This document shows positions 34,780 through 44,965 of a DNA stretch of 64,000 nucleotides, in pieces (position 1 is the stretch's first letter; every line of letters starts with the position of its first letter). Location of the stretch: positions 1 through 64,000 of the forward strand of contig JAADVB010000028.1 of assembly GCA_023334545.1 (NCBI GenBank), given 5' to 3'. The position numbers were made by a program, and so were the translations under genes. Source of the stretch: Salisapilia sapeloensis CBS 127946. Its lineage: Eukaryota; Protista; Oomycota. The notes beneath the pieces are model-generated. The model worked only from the letters and a program-made list of their open reading frames with translations. It ran no database searches and was not told where the DNA came from.

Positions 34780-37250
34780 GCGACTTTCACGGTGTTTCAG
34801 ACATCCACCCATTCGTATGGACCACAGTATCATTGGCGACGGCTGCGTGCAAGGATAAGATTGCATGCACTTGAGTTGGCTTGAAACATGTCAAATTAGA
34901 ATAGACAGCTTCGTACATATCCCGTAACGGGCAATAGGGTCCAAGTACGAAAAAACGGATTAGATTGCCGCCAAACAATCATTACGCACAACAAAGGAAG
35001 CAATGGGATGGCGCGAGTGCTGCCAAGTTGTATGCAGCTACGAAACGGCGGCTGCGACGCTTGCGCTGTGATGGATCACGTTACTTCGTCGTTACCTTTC
35101 ACATATCCGAGACAGCTAGGAATAGAGTGCGGTGCTTGTCCACCCTGCACGATAGAACTGCCAAACATGTACTCTGCCGTCTTCGACCTTTAGTTCTCAA
35201 AGGCAATACGTGTGAAGTCACCCATCTCTTAATTCCATATGCCCATGCAGGTGTAGCTAAATTTTCTACCTACCACAGGATAGTAATGATGGATCGCGTG
35301 TTAGTACATCAAATCACGATGCATATCGCAAACACATCGTGCGCCAAGGCCGTACAATTCACTAAACAGTCATGACGTCTACTTGAAGCGAAGGCAAGCG
35401 ACGCACGGCATCACTGCGCTCTTCCTTCCACAAGACTTTTGGCTATCATTTGCCCTAAGTTTCCATCATGGCGTTACATCGAGCGTAAATTTTACTCCAC
35501 GTCGACGATGTCCATCCACGCTACTTGTCTCTTTGTCGCATTCAAAGTCATCAAATCTTCCTTGGATTCACAATCGATCTCGACTTCAATTCGTTTCTTC
35601 CTCGGTATAGACATCGACAACAACGAACGGTGACTATGATCGGAAGCTCAGTCGTACGCTTCCTCAGTTATAAAGAAAATGGTGATGAAAGCATGCGTCG
35701 AATACTTTAGGCGTAGGACTCGCGATTCTCGATGCCATTGATATCTAGGAATTTAATAGCGGAACTGCATCTGGTTCTACTCAGACCAACTGACTCATGG
35801 TACAGTTGACAGTCGTCCGGTAAAGGTTGGTTGCCACAACACACCACGTACCCAGATCTTGGCAGAAGAGATAACTGGTTATTTATGATACGGATTGGTA
35901 CGATTATATCTCGAGCAACTGTCATTATTGGTGTAGGACCCTTTTATAGGCTACTTTACTCTCAACGAACGAAGCTCTCTTGCTTACGACTAATTGGCGG
36001 ACGGTTTCGACTACAAGTAATCATATGCAGCTTTCACCTACACATAGGTTTTCATTTTGATGAGCAGCAAGATGCTGTGGATGTTTTCGATGCCTTGTAG
36101 ACGACGAGCAATTCAGCTCCGTCATGCATTGTACAGTTGTACAGCACAACTTGTCGGAGTGATATCCTCCAACCAACCAAGATTGAATTCGGAGGTGTCC
36201 GTCCTGAGACAGGTTTCTCATCTACTACTGATTCCGGTTCCACGGTTCCCGGCTCCGCTCTACAAGGCATAGTCAGATTCATCACCAGACGTTTGCACGA
36301 TGGCACACGCCATATGAAGGCAGCGACGAGCTGCAAGAAAGGAGGCAATCATTCTTGAGACTATTTAGATCCTCATCGTAGGCGCCTGCAGCTATCTTTT
36401 AACTATATATACATGAACATTTTGTTCTTGAGTTTATCGTCTTCCCGTTCACTAGCCTTGCAAATTCTGTGTCACAAAAATGAGCCTTCCAGCATAAGCT
36501 TGGTATTGAGCATCGCTATATCCCGCGAATTTACCGGCACTGTTTACTCGACCTGGTCCATTCCACTAGCTCTTCTTGTCTTTGTTCTTGCACTGCAGGG
36601 ACTTGAGCTCAGTCACACCGCTCCAGTAGTAATATTACGCATGCGCTCATGGAGAGTTCAATCTTTTAATGCATTGTCGCGTAAACTCCGCCGATCATGA
36701 CACTCGTAGTGGATCGAGGAAGCTCTTTCACGTCCGAGCTATTGGGAATGGCAGCCCTGACTCAGTCAGAGTCTACGTAGCGCAATATTAGTTTCGTGAT
36801 ACTAAAAAATGCTTCAGTAGCTGCTTGTGAGTTTAAAGTTGATGAAGCCATCGCATCGCGGAAACTCAATCGTTCGAGCTAGATGCAACTCATCTTGGAG
36901 CACAATACGCAAGTCGGTGCATCAAGCCATCCACATCTTCTCTAGCGTGTTCTCATCAATACAAGTAGAAATCAAAGCAATGCCACTTGGACCCAATACA
37001 AATAGTAAAGCGTAACACGTAGCGAAAGGTAGACCCGGCGTCTGGTAACCCAGAACCAAGCCGTCTTCTTTCATCCAAATCAATTGCTCGACCTCTACTT
37101 TCCATCTCCATCTTTGCACGTTCGACCAAGCCTTCCAGTGCCTCCACACCACATCTGCTCCCAATGCAAGTATCGTTGAAGCTTCATGGAAACCATTTGC
37201 TAACTCCAAACATTCACCTCGACACAAATTTCTTATGTGCATTGCGAGTG
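34780..37250. other. Unresolved region, probably one or more highly fragmented multi-exon orphan genes
   Basis: Only short ORFs are present, with many GT..AG-bounded segments of 50-70 nt, mostly on the minus strand. I could not build a unique reading frame. Confidence 0.25.
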
Positions 37251-37306
37251 GCATTCTAAGAAGAAAGTAAAAAATAACCAGATCAGAGAAATACCCAGAA
37301 GAAGGA

Positions 37307-38679
37307 ATGCCGACTCTCAAGCTCTTTTATTCGAACGACATTCGCCGCGTCCAGAGCGTGCATGTGAACACATCCCTTCATGAGCATGATGGTCGATCTA
37401 TCTCGAATAGCGATGAATTGCGTTATAATGACCTATGTGACTACCTACGTCTCGTTTTCCCAATTCCATCCACTGCCACCCTCTCTCTTTCGTACCGAGA
37501 CGATGACAATGAGCAAGTGCGTATTACGAATGATGCAGAGCTAGCAGAAGGCTTCCATCTCGCGAATGAGATAGCTCGTGCTGCCGGCAAGCCTCTCGAT
37601 GCTGCTGTCTGCAGAATCCATATCGCGACGTTTGACGAAGAAGAGGAAGAGAAGCCTGCGAGTACTGTCGACGACATTGTCAGTTTTGGAGATGAACAGG
37701 ACGTATCTACTCCGTTAGATGATGTAGCCCAGGTGATTCAAAAGTGGGAGCCAACGCCTGACGAAGAAGTTTTACGTCGAGACATGCTTTCTCTTCTCCA
37801 AGAGCCTTCGTTCCAACAAGCGCTTGGACAAGTCATTTCCACGCCCAAGTTCACCAAGGTCTTCTATGATGTAGCAGCTACTTTCCAACAGGTACATTCC
37901 TCGATAATTGTCTTTTGATACAGAAAAGAGGTCATAATTTCTTTTATTAGGAAGAAAATGTCAGTGCATGCTTGCTGACAGCCACGAGCAGTGGGCAGTT
38001 GGATGCCGTCGCTCGTGTACTCCTTGCCAAGTGTCCTCATGTGCGTATGGAGATCGAGCGTGTGCTCCAGCAGCTCCATGCGACTCATAACAAGCAAGTC
38101 ATGTCGACAAGTGACTACTTTGAGTCGATCTCGCTCGAAGACACGCAGGAAGATGAAGGCCCCTTAGTTGCTATCTTTGAAGAGGACGTCACTTGTCCTG
38201 ACGGTATGATCCTCTCTCCATCCGCCGAGTTTGACAAGATCTGGCGTCTACGTAACGGCGGACCGAAGAAGTGGCCGGAAGGATGCAAGCTGCTCTGCGT
38301 CGGTGGCGATACGCTAAAGGCTCCAGAGGCGTCTCCCATCCCGTCAGTCGCGCCGAATGGCGTCATCGATGTCTCCTTGCGCATGACAGCGCCTGCCACG
38401 CCAGGTCGATACACTGGCTACTGGCGACTGAGCACTGCGAAGGGCACTCGCTTCGGTCAGCGGATGTGGGTCGATGTGAATGTCGTCGATACCGAGACCG
38501 CGACGGAGACTCCGGTGGAAGTGGCCGAGGAGATCCCGACGGCGACACCTGTGAACGTCAAGTGGGTGGAGGAACTGCAATCGTTGCATGACATGGGCTT
38601 TGACGATGACGAGAAGAGCATGAAGCTGTTGGATGAGCACGAGGGCGACCTTGCTGCCGTCATCGGAGCGCTCGTTTAA
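37307..38679 (+). CDS. NBR1: NBR1-like selective-autophagy receptor (PB1 + NBR1/FW + UBA; 2 exons)
   Basis: PB1: LKLFYSNDIRR...LSYRDDDNEQVRITNDAEL. FW domain: EEDVTCPDGMILSP...KIWRLRNGG...PGRYTGYWRL...FGQRMWVDVNV. UBA: ELQSLHDMGF..DEKSMKLL. Intron 37892-37950. Confidence 0.85.
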
Positions 38680-38727
38680 ACATGAACAAGATTTATATGC
38701 ATTTCTGTTTGTATCTATCTCTTTTAT

Positions 38728-39829
38728 CTATTCGAACCGAGCAAGACGTCGTCGTCGGAGCTCATGGATGTCTGAGGTTGGTGGTGGCATGGCTTCTGGT
38801 CGAGGTTGAGCTCGTCTGTACTCTTCCTCTTGCATCTGTCGAGCGATGTCTGCGTCAGACCTCTGGTTGTCCTGTTGAGGCGGGGTGACGAGAGACTGTA
38901 GCATGCGCTGTACTTGGGCAGCGGCGTAGGTGGCGACAGTGTCAAAGCCAGGTGACCAGAGGTACACGTATCCTGCGAGGATGCCGCACATGTGTCCAAG
39001 GAAAGAGGTTCGAGGGACGAGGAGGTGGATGACGACGAGTTCTAGCCATGCAGCATACTTTGTCGGGACTCGAAAGCCGTAGACGTTGGTATGGGAAGGA
39101 GAACTGTGGTTAAGAAGTACTTTTAGCGCGAAGAGGACGCAGGAGAAGCCGATGCTGCATTGATGCAGAGGTCCCTGTTGTGCATATGATTAGTTTCGAG
39201 ATAGATGATGGTCGATATGGATGAAATTATGTACTTGGTAGTTGAAAAAGGCAGCCATGAGGTAGGCGGAGAAGACGACGAGTGTGTGGGAAAGTAGGAG
39301 GACGGATAGCAATACGAAAGCGAACTTGATCGAGCCAATCCTGCTTTCGAGGTTATATCCTTTCCACAGGAACGAGAGCCTGGTATACGTGTCAATATTT
39401 GGAAGGTGGGATGGAGAAGTAGTGGATGTACATGTTGTGATAGACATGCCACTCGTCGACGTGAAGGAAGGCAGAGATGACCAAAGCAGATAGATCGTAG
39501 CTGTCGAGAATGCGATCAGGACATCTACCAACGATCATTAGTATGTATAAGTAGAACTCCGTGATTAAACTTGTCTACAATCTATAAGCGTCGAGCGACG
39601 ACCCGGCGTTCTTGAGGAAGTGGAGGTAGTACATGACACCTACGCATAGACTTTATTGCTACCCGTCGGCAGTACTCTTCTTTTTATCGTGCTTACCGAT
39701 TAAGCCGAGTGTCAATGGTGGTTTTCGATCTAGTTGCTGAATGTTTCGAGCAAGCATCATGAGTAGAGCTGCATGCTGTGCATTGCCTCCACGGCCACGA
39801 CCTGGTCGTACACCTCGACCTTGCCACAT
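38728..39829 (-). CDS. RHBDD1: RHBDL4/RBL14-type rhomboid intramembrane protease (5 exons)
   Basis: KPPLTLGLI, SAFLHVDEWHVYHNMLSFLWKGYNLESRIGS, CSIGFSCVLFALKVL, YAAWLELV and SFLGHMCGILAG. C-terminal UIM-like DADIARQMQEEE and VCP-binding motif ELRRRRLARFE. Confidence 0.88.
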
Positions 39830-40865
39830 TTTCTCGCGGACACTTTAGGAGATGGTTTTAAATCGCAATTAGCAGGGATATAGGAAATAGGTAGACGTCG
39901 AGGTCTGTTGGAAGCCAGCTACAACAGAGGCTTTGTGCTCGGCCACGCAATCAGAGGTTGAGTAGTAGATATAATTAGTGGGTTTCATGGTAAGAATCCA
40001 TTAAACAAGGAAGCGACCTATCATCTTCTTGTGCTTTGTATTGAAAATGGAAGTGTCTATGAATGATCCAAGGCTTGATACTGATTTCAGTAATCATGGA
40101 AGCTATCTGTAAGGTCCAAAGAAGAAAGCAGAGCATACACAATTCGTCCATTAAACTGCTTTTTCATGGCAGTGCGAATATGTCTTTGGCGTACACTATT
40201 CGCTCGTGATATGCGCAAGGGCGGAAACACGATGCTTGTTGTCCTTTAGACTGTACACAACTTTATCAGAATATAAAGCTCTGACAAGGTAGGTAATCAA
40301 GTCTATTTTACTTTGAATTATCTACCGTCCATCATCTCCTTGTAGTCCTGGGCACGAACGTAAAGCATGGAAACTTAGAAACTTGGTAACGAGATGTCTA
40401 CACGTACCTACTGCTTCGCGTAGAATACAAACCAGTACATGCAAGGGATATTGCCCGTTGTCAGAATTAATAGACACTACGACAGAGCCTCGATACATTC
40501 CCGCCAATTGCCTTTGCAACGTCCGATTTCCAAATCGTTCAAGTAGAACCATCGCTTCAAGAAGGCAGTACAGCGAACTGTTACCATACAACCTCACTCT
40601 ACCTCACATTACATTCTACTCAATCTACATGTTTCGTATATTCACTGACATCCATCCCAAAGTCGAGACTAAACACATTACTTTCCTACTTCGATTCGTA
40701 CTCCGTCAACCAACATCCAGTTGAAAGTAATCCTCCGTTTATATTCCTTTACACAGTACCTCATGTTCTATGGCAGGTTATTTTCACTTGCTTTCACTAT
40801 ATTGAACTAAACATCGAGTGTTACTCCGCGTCAGATTCGTAGCCATGTCGACTTAGGCCTGAAAA

Positions 40866-40882
40866 GCTCATTTTCAAATTAG
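40866..40882 (+). promoter_or_regulatory. INR/FPR-type core promoter motif upstream of S1P lyase
   Basis: GCTCATTTTCAAATTAG lies about 16 nt before the ATG at 40899 and resembles the oomycete GCTCATTYY-N-CAWTTT consensus. Confidence 0.5.
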
Positions 40883-40898
40883 CGCTCTGAACCACAAG

Positions 40899-42740
40899 AT
40901 GATTAGCTTACTGGATCTATGGGGGCCTCCCTCCAAGGAGTTCTACGGCGTCTGCGTTGCACTCGCTATGCAATACCTCTCACTTCGCTACCTATTCAAC
41001 GTCGATCGTGTGCTACAAAAGCTCTATCCGTTCGCTTTAATCGGATTTGGTTATTGGAGGTACACGCAAGCCATTGCTGATAGCAAGGAAGAAGGTGTGG
41101 AAGAACAGAGTATGTTGCTCGAAGCCATTCAGCTCTTCCACGCTCAGTACCCAGAGCTCGAAGCCGTCGCTGGTGACATGATCGTGCTCATCATTGGCAC
41201 ATCCGTCCTCGCATTCATCTTTGATACATTGCGCAAGGCTCGATACGTTTCGTACAAGATGGTACTGAACTACGTTGGTGGCATAGCGGTTTCCATCCTA
41301 CGTCAACTGCCTGTCGTCTCCGGCATCGTCCAGAAAGAGATGCAGAAGATCGAAAACGACGTCGAAAGCTCACTTAAAGACCACTCGCCTATTGCTCACA
41401 TGAGCAAGAACTACACGTTACCAAACAAGGGAATGGAAGATGACAAGCTTGTTACCTTGATGACGGATTTAGCTGGTGACAGCGACGACAAGTGGAAGGA
41501 TGGAAAGGTTTCTGGAGCTGTCTACCACGGCGAGCAAGACCATCTCAAGGTCCTAAGCAAAGCCTACGAGCTCTTTTCTGTTACGAACCCATTGCATGCG
41601 GACTTGTGGCCGGCGGTGGGCAAGTTTGAGGCGGAAGTTGTGTCCATGACTGCGAGTATGGTCAACGGTGGTCACGATGAAGATGTTTGCGGAACACTCA
41701 GCTCTGGAGGTACCGAGAGCATCTTCCTGGCTGCGAAAGCACACCGTGATTGGTACCGTAGCAAGCATGGCATCACCAAGCCGGAGATTGTGGCGTGTGT
41801 CACTGCGCATGCTGCCATTGACAAGGCTTGTGCTATTCTCGGCATTAAACTCGTAAAAGTACCAGTGAATCCAAAAACACTTCAGGCGGACACGAAGGCT
41901 GTTCGATGGAGTATCACTGCCAACACCATCATGCTGTACGGCAGTGCGCCCAACTTCCCCCAAGGTATCATCGACGACATTGAAGAGCTCTCAGCCATCG
42001 CTGTCAAGAATGACGTCGGACTGCACGTCGATTGCTGTCTCGGTGGCTTCGTCCTCCCGTTTGCAAAGCAACTTCGTCCGGATCTGTTCCCGAAATTTGA
42101 CTTTGAACTACCTGGTGTGACCAGTATGTCGTGTGATACGCACAAGTACGGATACGCTGCCAAGGGCACGTCCGTCGTGCTCTACAAGAATCATGACATT
42201 CGCCGCTACCAGTACTTTACCTGTCCGGACTGGACTGGTGGTCTCTACGTCACTCCGACTCTAGCTGGTAGTCGACCAGGTGCATTGAGTGCCGCAGCGT
42301 GGGCGTCCATGATCCGTCTCGGACGGGAAGGATATCTGAAAGCGACGGAACAGATCCTCGCCACGGCCGATGAAGTCAAGGCGGGTATCCGTAAGATGGA
42401 TGGCATTAAAGTACTGGGCGACCCGATCGCAATGGTCGTGTGCTTTGCTGGTGAAGACGGTCTGAACATCCTCAAGGTCAGCGATGCGATGGCGAAGAAG
42501 GGATGGAGTCTGAACCCGTTGCAGCACCCCATGTCCGTCCATTTGTGCGTGACGATGCGTCAGATTGGCAAAGCTCAGCTTTTCCTGCGTGATCTCGAGG
42601 ACTCTGTCGCGACAGTGAAGAACGACCCGGATGGTAAGTCGGAGGGTGGTAGTGCCATGTATGGAATGGCCGCCACCATGCCGGCGGGACCGGTAGAAGA
42701 TATCTTACGCATCTACACGGACGTGACGCTCAAGGTCTAG
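40899..42740 (+). CDS. SGPL1: Sphingosine-1-phosphate lyase (PLP-dependent)
   Basis: Intronless 613 aa with N-terminal TM segments, WKDGKVSGAVYHG, TNPLHADLWP, SSGGTESIFLA, LHVDCCLGGF, SCDTHKYGYAAKGTSV and W.GGLYVTPTLAGSRPG. Confidence 0.95.
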   Translation: MISLLDLWGPPSKEFYGVCVALAMQYLSLRYLFNVDRVLQKLYPFALIGFGYWRYTQAIADSKEEGVEEQSMLLEAIQLFHAQYPELEAVAGDMIVLIIGTSVLAFIFDTLRKARYVSYKMVLNYVGGIAVSILRQLPVVSGIVQKEMQKIENDVESSLKDHSPIAHMSKNYTLPNKGMEDDKLVTLMTDLAGDSDDKWKDGKVSGAVYHGEQDHLKVLSKAYELFSVTNPLHADLWPAVGKFEAEVVSMTASMVNGGHDEDVCGTLSSGGTESIFLAAKAHRDWYRSKHGITKPEIVACVTAHAAIDKACAILGIKLVKVPVNPKTLQADTKAVRWSITANTIMLYGSAPNFPQGIIDDIEELSAIAVKNDVGLHVDCCLGGFVLPFAKQLRPDLFPKFDFELPGVTSMSCDTHKYGYAAKGTSVVLYKNHDIRRYQYFTCPDWTGGLYVTPTLAGSRPGALSAAAWASMIRLGREGYLKATEQILATADEVKAGIRKMDGIKVLGDPIAMVVCFAGEDGLNILKVSDAMAKKGWSLNPLQHPMSVHLCVTMRQIGKAQLFLRDLEDSVATVKNDPDGKSEGGSAMYGMAATMPAGPVEDILRIYTDVTLKV

Positions 42741-42808
42741 TTCGTTTCTTGACATGAATACAATTGATACCATTCTTTTCCACGTTTCTTGCGTTTATAA
42801 GTGGTATG

Positions 42809-44868
42809 TTACTTGATTGATGCAAGTAGCTTTCGCTCCCCTGCTCTTGCAAGACCAATTCTTTCAGCTAGAAACTTGGCGCAGATTGCACGACGTGAAT
42901 AGAGTGTCGTCCAGAGGATTGGATTTGTTGGTCTATCGCTTTGGGATGGTTGAACTGGAGATTTATTCGGTGCACCGAATGAGAAAAGGAGGTGGCGAGG
43001 TGGGAGGGCGTGGAATTCATATATCCATGCACTTTCAAGCGCTGATATGGATTGTGATGGGTATATGTCAGTGACGATGGACTGTATGAGTCGTGTCGGC
43101 CAGAACTTACTACGTCCGATATCGACAGGAACTTGGCCGGCTGCTTCTCGAGCGTAGGATGGTTGCCAGGAGCAGGTTGGATTATTATCATTCTCTGCGG
43201 TGGCTATGGCTTTAAGAGAAGACGGCTTTGGTTGCTGGACGTTTGCAGGGTACGAGGCTCGTAGTATGCAAACGATCCACACAATTGCCATTTCCTCATC
43301 GCTACTGCTATCACTAATTTGGAAGCGACGTCGACCTGCTCCTACAACTTGGTGGCTCTCGTCTATCAGAATGCAATCAAAGTCAGTCGATGAAGACGTT
43401 TTACCAGCGCCTTCTGAAGTCTGTGTCGTTGCGATATCATCATTACATGCATGAAGATGAACGGATGAAAATAATTGCTCTGATAATAACGCAGCGTGCT
43501 GGATATCCATTGCGATAAAGTCCTGGTAACACAGTGGATGCTGTAGAACACAGGCGTTGCAGTAAAATACTTCCGGATCCAGTTGATGTCTGGCAAGTGC
43601 AGACCAGCGACTGCATTTAGTGTGGTAGATTTGGCCGCAACCGACCTTCTTGCACAGCAAAAACTTGGTCGGCTTTGATTTTAGGCTTACTCGTATTCTC
43701 TTCGAGCACATTCCACATGACCTTGAAGCCAATGCACCACGTTCATCGAAGTGAGCAATACTCTTGGACTCGACTTGCATATCTGTTCCTCGCTGCTTTC
43801 TCCCCTTGCCTTTAACATTCGAGTATGAGTCGTTCATCTGCCGTTGTGGACCAGTGTAATTCTGTACTTGTAGTACGACAGAGTATTGGGATGTGATCGA
43901 TGCTGTGAGCATCAGTGTATAGTTATCGCCATCGCTTTCAATGGTGCCTGTTGTACCTCGTTCTTGCATTGGTTTGATTGTAAGACCAAGAGGCTCGACT
44001 GGAATAAGAAGGATATTTGTGAGTTCTCGGATGAGTACATCCTTCATGATGCGATGAACGGACTAGATGCATAAAAACTAGCTGTTGATAAAGTAAGCAG
44101 ACAACAATGTAATCTATTCATACCTCTAGTTTGAGTTCAAGCAATGGCGACTTGGTGATATTCCACAAGGTAGCAGCGACATACGTCTTCACGTCTAACG
44201 CGAGAGAGTACTAAGTATAAGTCGAAACGACGTGGATTACGCGCAGCTCACCTCCGTCATTGCACTTGAGTAGACTTAAAAGCACATTAATGCCCGAAAT
44301 ATTATCCAGGTGTAGCTGGCACTCATTTTGGACACTAAAAGATAGGACTGCTGCTGCACTAACACGTCGAAGTATCGCTGGTCCTTGCTGCGAGTAAATG
44401 AGAAGAGTGTACAGCGGACAGTTGTGACGATGAGATACACACCCCCACCTACCGTCGCCAATGAAGTAAGCCCTAAGTTTCCAAACGTTATCCTCATGCA
44501 GTGCAACCTTACCTATCACAAGAGCTTCCGCTCATTCTGGCACGTACTGAGTGAGCCAAGTTGCCCAAGATACTACCATGAACCCATTCACAAAGTTATT
44601 ACAAGATTTGTACATGTAATATTGAGGAAAGGGATGAATACCTCGCACAGATTTGACGAATGGAATCATAAGCCGTTGCCTGCATCATCTTGGTGGTACG
44701 ACGGACGCCCTGAGCTTGAACTAGTTTCTCCCGAAGAGCACACTCTCTTGACATGACCAGGATCTTTCGCATGTCTTCAACTACATCGCTCTCTTTCCTT
44801 GGCCTCGTCAAGTTTTCATTGCGTCCAAATAACTCCTCGACCTCGTTGTAGATATTTTCACTCGTCAT
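42809..44868 (-). CDS. ARM-repeat + PHD finger + putative degenerate GNAT protein (5 exons)
   Basis: Four GT-AG introns link ARM-like exons (ASILGNLAH, SAAAVLSFS, GINVLLSLLK, KTYVAATLWNIT) to the 412-aa ORF carrying the PHD CGMC...CKKVGCGQIYHTKC...FYCNAC. ATG at 44868. Confidence 0.65.
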
Positions 44869-44965
44869 GCACACCGTGAGCTTAACTATCAAAGTTTCGT
44901 TTCACAAAGCAGCTATAAACAGATTTATATACAATTACTATTTGCCATATTCACTTTATCTTCTT

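Noticed and set aside
34620-34884. Plus-strand frame interrupted by a single TGA (possible selenocysteine or readthrough)
   Set aside because: No start codon, no redox motif and no recognisable SECIS. TGA serves as an ordinary stop in many genes in this window.
36757-36769. Palindrome CTGACTCAGTCAG containing an AP-1/GCN4-like TGACTCA
   Set aside because: A 7-mer is expected several times by chance in 64 kb, and there is no defined downstream gene.
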